Shown here piece by piece: positions 62,864 through 64,000 of a stretch of DNA of 64,000 nucleotides. This DNA is from an uncultured Christensenella sp. GTDB lineage: Bacteria; Bacillota; Clostridia; Christensenellales; UBA3700. The DNA lies in assembly GCA_950079155.1 (NCBI GenBank), contig CATMWH010000008.1, forward strand, positions 20,779-84,778, written 5' to 3'. A model generated the notes under the pieces. The model was not told where the DNA came from, did not search any database, and saw nothing but the letters and a program-made list of their open reading frames with translations. The translations under genes and the position numbers were made by a program. Each line of letters starts with the position of its first letter. The stretch's first letter is position 1.

Positions 62864-63861
62864 TGCACCCCAAAAGTTAGACAAAACTCATGGAGGTGCA
62901 TTTTTAGTGGCAAAAAAGGGGACAAACACAAAAAAATATAGAGCATAATTTATGATTTCTGTTATACTGGAGGATATGCGAGAACAAGAATTAGGCTATC
63001 GAGAAAAGCAAGGAAATACAATCTTGGCAGTTCAGACTGTCAAGGCAAGAATCTTATTCGAGATTGGGAAAAAAGCGCTAATTTTATCCAAGTAAGGCAA
63101 AGATTTCCGCTCAATAATTTAATTGAATTGTCTAAATTATTTTGGAGTACATATTACTATCACTGTAAAGAAAGGCAAGATAAATATGAAATAGAGAAGC
63201 AAGAGATAGAAAAGATATACAATGAGAACAGCGGTAGATATGGGTATAGACGAATACTAGTGGTATTACGTTAAAGTGGATAAAGATAAACCATAAAACT
63301 GTACAAAAACTAATGAAAAGTATGGGATTGTACGTTAAAAGACGAAGAAGTAGGTATAAGTCGTATAAAGAGAAGTTGGAAAAATTGCTTTAAATATACT
63401 TAATAGAGAGTTTAATACAGATAAACCGTATAGCAAATTAGTAACAGATGTAACAGAGTTTTCGGTATGTGATGACAGGGTATATCTGTCTCCAATATTG
63501 GACTTGTATAATAACGAAATAGTAAGTTACTCAATATCTCAAAGTCCAAATTTCGAGCAAACAAAGTAAATGTTAAAATGTTTATTTGAAAGACTGCCAA
63601 AGACGGCAAGACCAATATTTCACTCCAACCAAGGGTGGCAGTACCAAATGAGAACTTCTTCGGCAGACTAAAAGTAGAAATGTTTTATGGCGAAAAGTTC
63701 CAGACAGTGGACGAATTCGTCCACTGTCTGGAAAGGTATATAGAGTATTGGAACAACGATAGAAAAAGTCTAACGTTAAAAGGAATGAGCCCGATACAAT
63801 ATCGAACTCATAATCAAATAAATTAACTAATTAAATTTTATTGTCCAACTTTTGTGGGTCA
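62864..63861 (+). mobile_element. decayed IS3-family (IS150-like) insertion sequence
   Basis: Terminal inverted repeats TGCACCCCAAAAGTTAGACAA (62864-62884) and TTGTCCAACTTTTGTGGGTCA (63841-63861). Internal orfB-like frames (YGYRRI, KPY.KLVTDVTEF, YLSPILDLYNNEIVSY, QGWQYQM, ENFFGRLKVEMFYGEKF...YIEYWNNDRK) are riddled with stops, and there is an internal deletion. Confidence 0.75.
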
Positions 63862-63880
63862 TAGCATTAGGAATTTCGGC

Positions 63881-64000
63881 TTAAATGGTTTGAGTTTTTT
63901 CAGGCACATAGATTATGTTGTCTACTTTAATTGCTTTGTATGTAACGCCGTTTGCGTTATGAGTTGTGTATTCAGGTTTACCTTTATGTACGGCTCTCAA
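63881..64000 (-). CDS. 3' end of an unidentified gene running off the window
   Basis: The minus strand is open from the window edge: ...LRAVHKGKPEYTTHNANGVTYKAIKVDNIIYVPEKTQTI-TAA. Confidence 0.3.
   Translation of the reverse strand: MRAVHKGKPEYTTHNANGVTYKAIKVDNIIYVPEKTQTI

Overview
Low-GC, Firmicutes/Mollicutes-like DNA. TGA is a stop codon, and many genes are coupled by ATGA or GTGATG overlaps. The window reads as a mosaic of mobile and accessory modules. (1) nt 1-24.6 kb is the right-hand part of a conjugative element whose left end is off-window. It carries ssb, a ~1,190-aa ArdC/zincin/P-loop/AEP-primase fusion, a DUF5348-like gene, a candidate oriT, an RHH-like accessory gene plus a relaxase-like gene, and a VirD4-type coupling protein. 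It also carries a 1,788-aa repeat adhesin, VirB2-, VirB6- and VirB4-like genes, two tandemly duplicated antisense lipoprotein cassettes and a ParA + RHH pair. Its cargo block has a ToxN/AbiQ-like gene (preceded by promoter, structured RNA and terminator) and a VapD-like gene that share a C-terminal module, followed by a terminal ISLre2/UPF0236-like DDE transposase. A GTAAAGAC 8-mer, always paired in a 13-nt register, marks six junctions of this element. I consider this motif and the cargo block the most novel signals. (2) 24.7-35.2 kb looks chromosomal: FTR-like protein, tmRNA (ssrA), GPH/MFS transporter, MmcQ/YjbR-like protein, transglutaminase-like surface protein, GrpB, an XRE regulator, a decayed IS200 tnpA and an alpha/beta hydrolase. 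(3) 35.4-47.8 kb holds an AT-rich orphan membrane protein, a large serine recombinase and an inovirus-like integrated element with a Zot-type ATPase, an RCR Rep, small hydrophobic proteins, a frameshifted adsorption-like protein and a GC-rich hairpin region. (4) 47.8-54.9 kb holds a sigma factor, a cysteine-peptidase-like protein, an anti-sigma-like protein and a giant secreted protein split by a perfect 19-bp tandem duplication. (5) 55.1-61.1 kb holds two tandem ABC-ATPase/FtsX-permease fusion paralogs with a 239-bp identity tract. (6) 61.3-62.8 kb holds a RelA/SpoT-like (toxSAS-like) module. (7) 62.9-63.9 kb is a decayed IS3-family copy. All functional calls come from motif recognition by eye and from memory of family consensus; no searches were run.
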